The translations under genes and the position numbers were made by a program. This document shows, piece by piece, positions 62,641-64,000 of a stretch of DNA of 64,000 nt; positions within the stretch are counted from its first letter, which is position 1, and each line of letters opens with the position of its first letter. The notes under the pieces are model-generated. The model saw nothing but the letters and a program-made list of their open reading frames with translations, was not told the origin of the DNA and did no database searches. The DNA is from a virus. Its lineage: Duplodnaviria > Heunggongvirae > Uroviricota > Caudoviricetes. The stretch covers positions 23,562-87,561 of the IMG/VR virus record IMGVR_UViG_3300046779_000230; one strand, 5' to 3'.

Positions 62641-63786
62641 TTAACAGTTGCAGTTGCAGTTACAATTATGTGCACGAAGAACCATGTTAGTTCCTTGTCT
62701 AATTGTATCATACCAAGTTGTGTCATGTCCTGGGGGATTACGTGAAGCATTACCCATACAGTTACCTACAGCTCGACCACCACCACCGTCAACGAAGAAA
62801 CCATAGTTACCTAAGTTGTTAACGAATTGAGATAGGTGACCTGGACGACCTTGTACGTTACCCCATGGAGTCACTTCAGCATAGAATGCATATCCAACGT
62901 TAGTTACGCTAACTGCTCCAGTGTTACCTTGAACAGATGTAACTGGGACTGAGACTACAACTGCGCCAGTGTTACCTTGAACAGATGTAACATGAGCAGA
63001 AACTGTTGGATTACCAGCAACACCATCTCCGTTAGAAACTGTAATACCACCACCAGCAACAATAGTTCTTGTTGCCATAGAACCAGTACCAGTTCTTGAA
63101 AGCATACCAGTTGTTGTCAAACCAGAAAGAGCAGACAAGTCAGAGTCGAATGGCTGAACGTCAGTACCGATTGTTAGACCAAGAGTGGCACGAGCAGTTA
63201 TTGCATCGCCATCGTCTAACAGAGTTCTGGCATATGGCGTCAAGCTAGTAGTATCGGCAGTGCCAAGACCTGTGTAATAAGGCAATGTATTTGCTGCAGA
63301 TGTTGTTGCAGCTAGGGCATCTAACTCTAGATTCCATGCTTGTACATCAGAACCAATGGCTAGACCCAAGTTAGTTCTAGCGCCAGCTGATGTAGATGAG
63401 CCAGTACCACCGTCTGCGATTGCCAAGTCTGTGATACCTTGGATTAAACCACTGGTAATCGCTGCTTCACCAGAATGTTTACCACTAAAATCTGCAGCTG
63501 TGATTACGTTGGCTTCAAAGTTACCTGAAGCATCACGAACTACTGCAGAGCTTTTATCAGCACCAGCTGGTAGCAATACAGATGCACTATAACCATCTAG
63601 TAAGTCGGCATCTAAGCCAGAACCGCTGCCGTCAACTGTTTTAAGTTTAGTTAAGATATCAGCTGCATTATAATCAACAGCTGTTAATTTTGTGGCTAAT
63701 TCGTTGTTCAGGTTACTAAAGTTTGCATCGACTTCAGCGTTAGTCAGCGGACTTCCTTTAGTACCTCTTAATGTAATAACTGCCAT
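62641..63786 (-). CDS. Tail-fibre-like protein with a C-terminal HNCNCNCNC repeat
   Basis: N-terminus [27 protein letters not shown]. Gly/Thr/Ser/Ala-rich fibre-like body with a duplicated [12 protein letters not shown](V/S)V motif. The terminal ...[13 protein letters not shown] was verified on the DNA (cat aat tgt aac tgc aac tgc aac tgt taa). Confidence 0.55.
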   Translation of the reverse strand: MAVITLRGTKGSPLTNAEVDANFSNLNNELATKLTAVDYNAADILTKLKTVDGSGSGLDADLLDGYSASVLLPAGADKSSAVVRDASGNFEANVITAADFSGKHSGEAAITSGLIQGITDLAIADGGTGSSTSAGARTNLGLAIGSDVQAWNLELDALAATTSAANTLPYYTGLGTADTTSLTPYARTLLDDGDAITARATLGLTIGTDVQPFDSDLSALSGLTTTGMLSRTGTGSMATRTIVAGGGITVSNGDGVAGNPTVSAHVTSVQGNTGAVVVSVPVTSVQGNTGAVSVTNVGYAFYAEVTPWGNVQGRPGHLSQFVNNLGNYGFFVDGGGGRAVGNCMGNASRNPPGHDTTWYDTIRQGTNMVLRAHNCNCNCNC

Positions 63787-63797
63787 TTAAGGATCCT

Positions 63798-64000
63798 TTA
63801 TTTTTGCAAAATTTGGAGAATCAAAGATTTTATCTCTTGCAATTCATTCTTTATATTATTTATCTCTTTGGTATTATGAGAAATTTGATCCATCTTTTCC
63901 TTTTGGATTCTGGCTTCTTCTCTTCTCTGTAGATACCTTTGAACTTCGGTCTTATCAGTATTTATGATAGCCCCGTTAGAGACATCCCTAACTAGGCTAT
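63798..64000 (-). CDS. Partial CDS: the C-terminal 67 codons of a coiled-coil protein whose start lies beyond the window end
   Basis: The frame is open from the window edge to the TAA at 63798..63800. It reads ...RIQKEKMDQISHNTKEINNIKNELQEIKSLILQILQK*. Confidence 0.4.
   Translation of the reverse strand, partial: SLVRDVSNGAIINTDKTEVQRYLQRREEARIQKEKMDQISHNTKEINNIKNELQEIKSLILQILQK

Noticed and set aside
441-63592. All plus-strand ORFs in the six-frame track, for example 441..818, 788..1243, 4118..4330, 15001..15351, 19828..20220, 28383..28631, 34038..34343, 46177..46536, 52021..52314 and 63356..63592
   Set aside because: Every one lies antisense inside a well-supported minus-strand gene. None has a ribosome-binding site, a promoter or a recognisable motif. 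The genome is transcribed from the minus strand only.
1-64000. CRISPR arrays, transposases, integrases and homing-endonuclease ORFs
   Set aside because: No direct-repeat/spacer periodicity is visible. There are no GIY-YIG, HNH or LAGLIDADG motifs and no recombinase signatures in any ORF.

Overview
The window is a contiguous 64 kb stretch of a T4-like myovirus genome of low GC content (about 38% by eye). Every credible gene lies on the minus strand, and the genes are tightly packed, with many ATGA or TAATG start/stop overlaps. Synteny matches marine or cyanophage-type T4-like phages rather than T4 itself. Reading the minus strand from high to low coordinate: a tail-fibre-like protein; an unusual enzyme cluster (radical SAM/SPASM, DctP-like binding protein, AsnB-like PP-loop enzyme); neck proteins gp13 and gp14; gp15; large terminase gp17, with no gp16 between gp15 and gp17; sheath gp18; tube gp19; portal gp20; gp67/gp68-like proteins; prohead protease gp21; scaffold gp22; major capsid gp23; gp3-like; UvsY; UvsW; late sigma gp55; an AAA+ ATPase; gp47 and gp46; an accessory island (CobT-like VWA protein, CobS-like AAA protein, histone-H1-like protein, SPFH lipoprotein, rubrerythrin, rubredoxin); clamp gp45; a flavin-dependent halogenase inserted between gp45 and gp44; gp44, gp62 and RegA; Hsp20; a GNAT; DNA ligase; a DnaQ-like exonuclease; an SGNH hydrolase; family-B DNA polymerase gp43; a cupin; thioredoxin; UvsX; helicase gp41; a candidate DNA base-hypermodification cluster (2OG-Fe(II) dioxygenase, class-II glutamine amidotransferase, B12-binding radical SAM, P-loop kinase, HExxH protein); a second ligase; a protein with a nucleotidyltransferase domain; and a Dps-like protein. 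Several sigma70-type early promoters (TTGCCT, TTGTCT or TTGACT, then 17 nt, then TATAAT) and TATAAATA or GATAAATA late-promoter-like boxes are visible. Intrinsic terminators are also visible, two with UUCG tetraloops. The plus-strand ORFs in the track are antisense artefacts. One long minus-strand ORF that runs off the window start (1..1585) was missed by the ORF track, as were four small translationally coupled ORFs.
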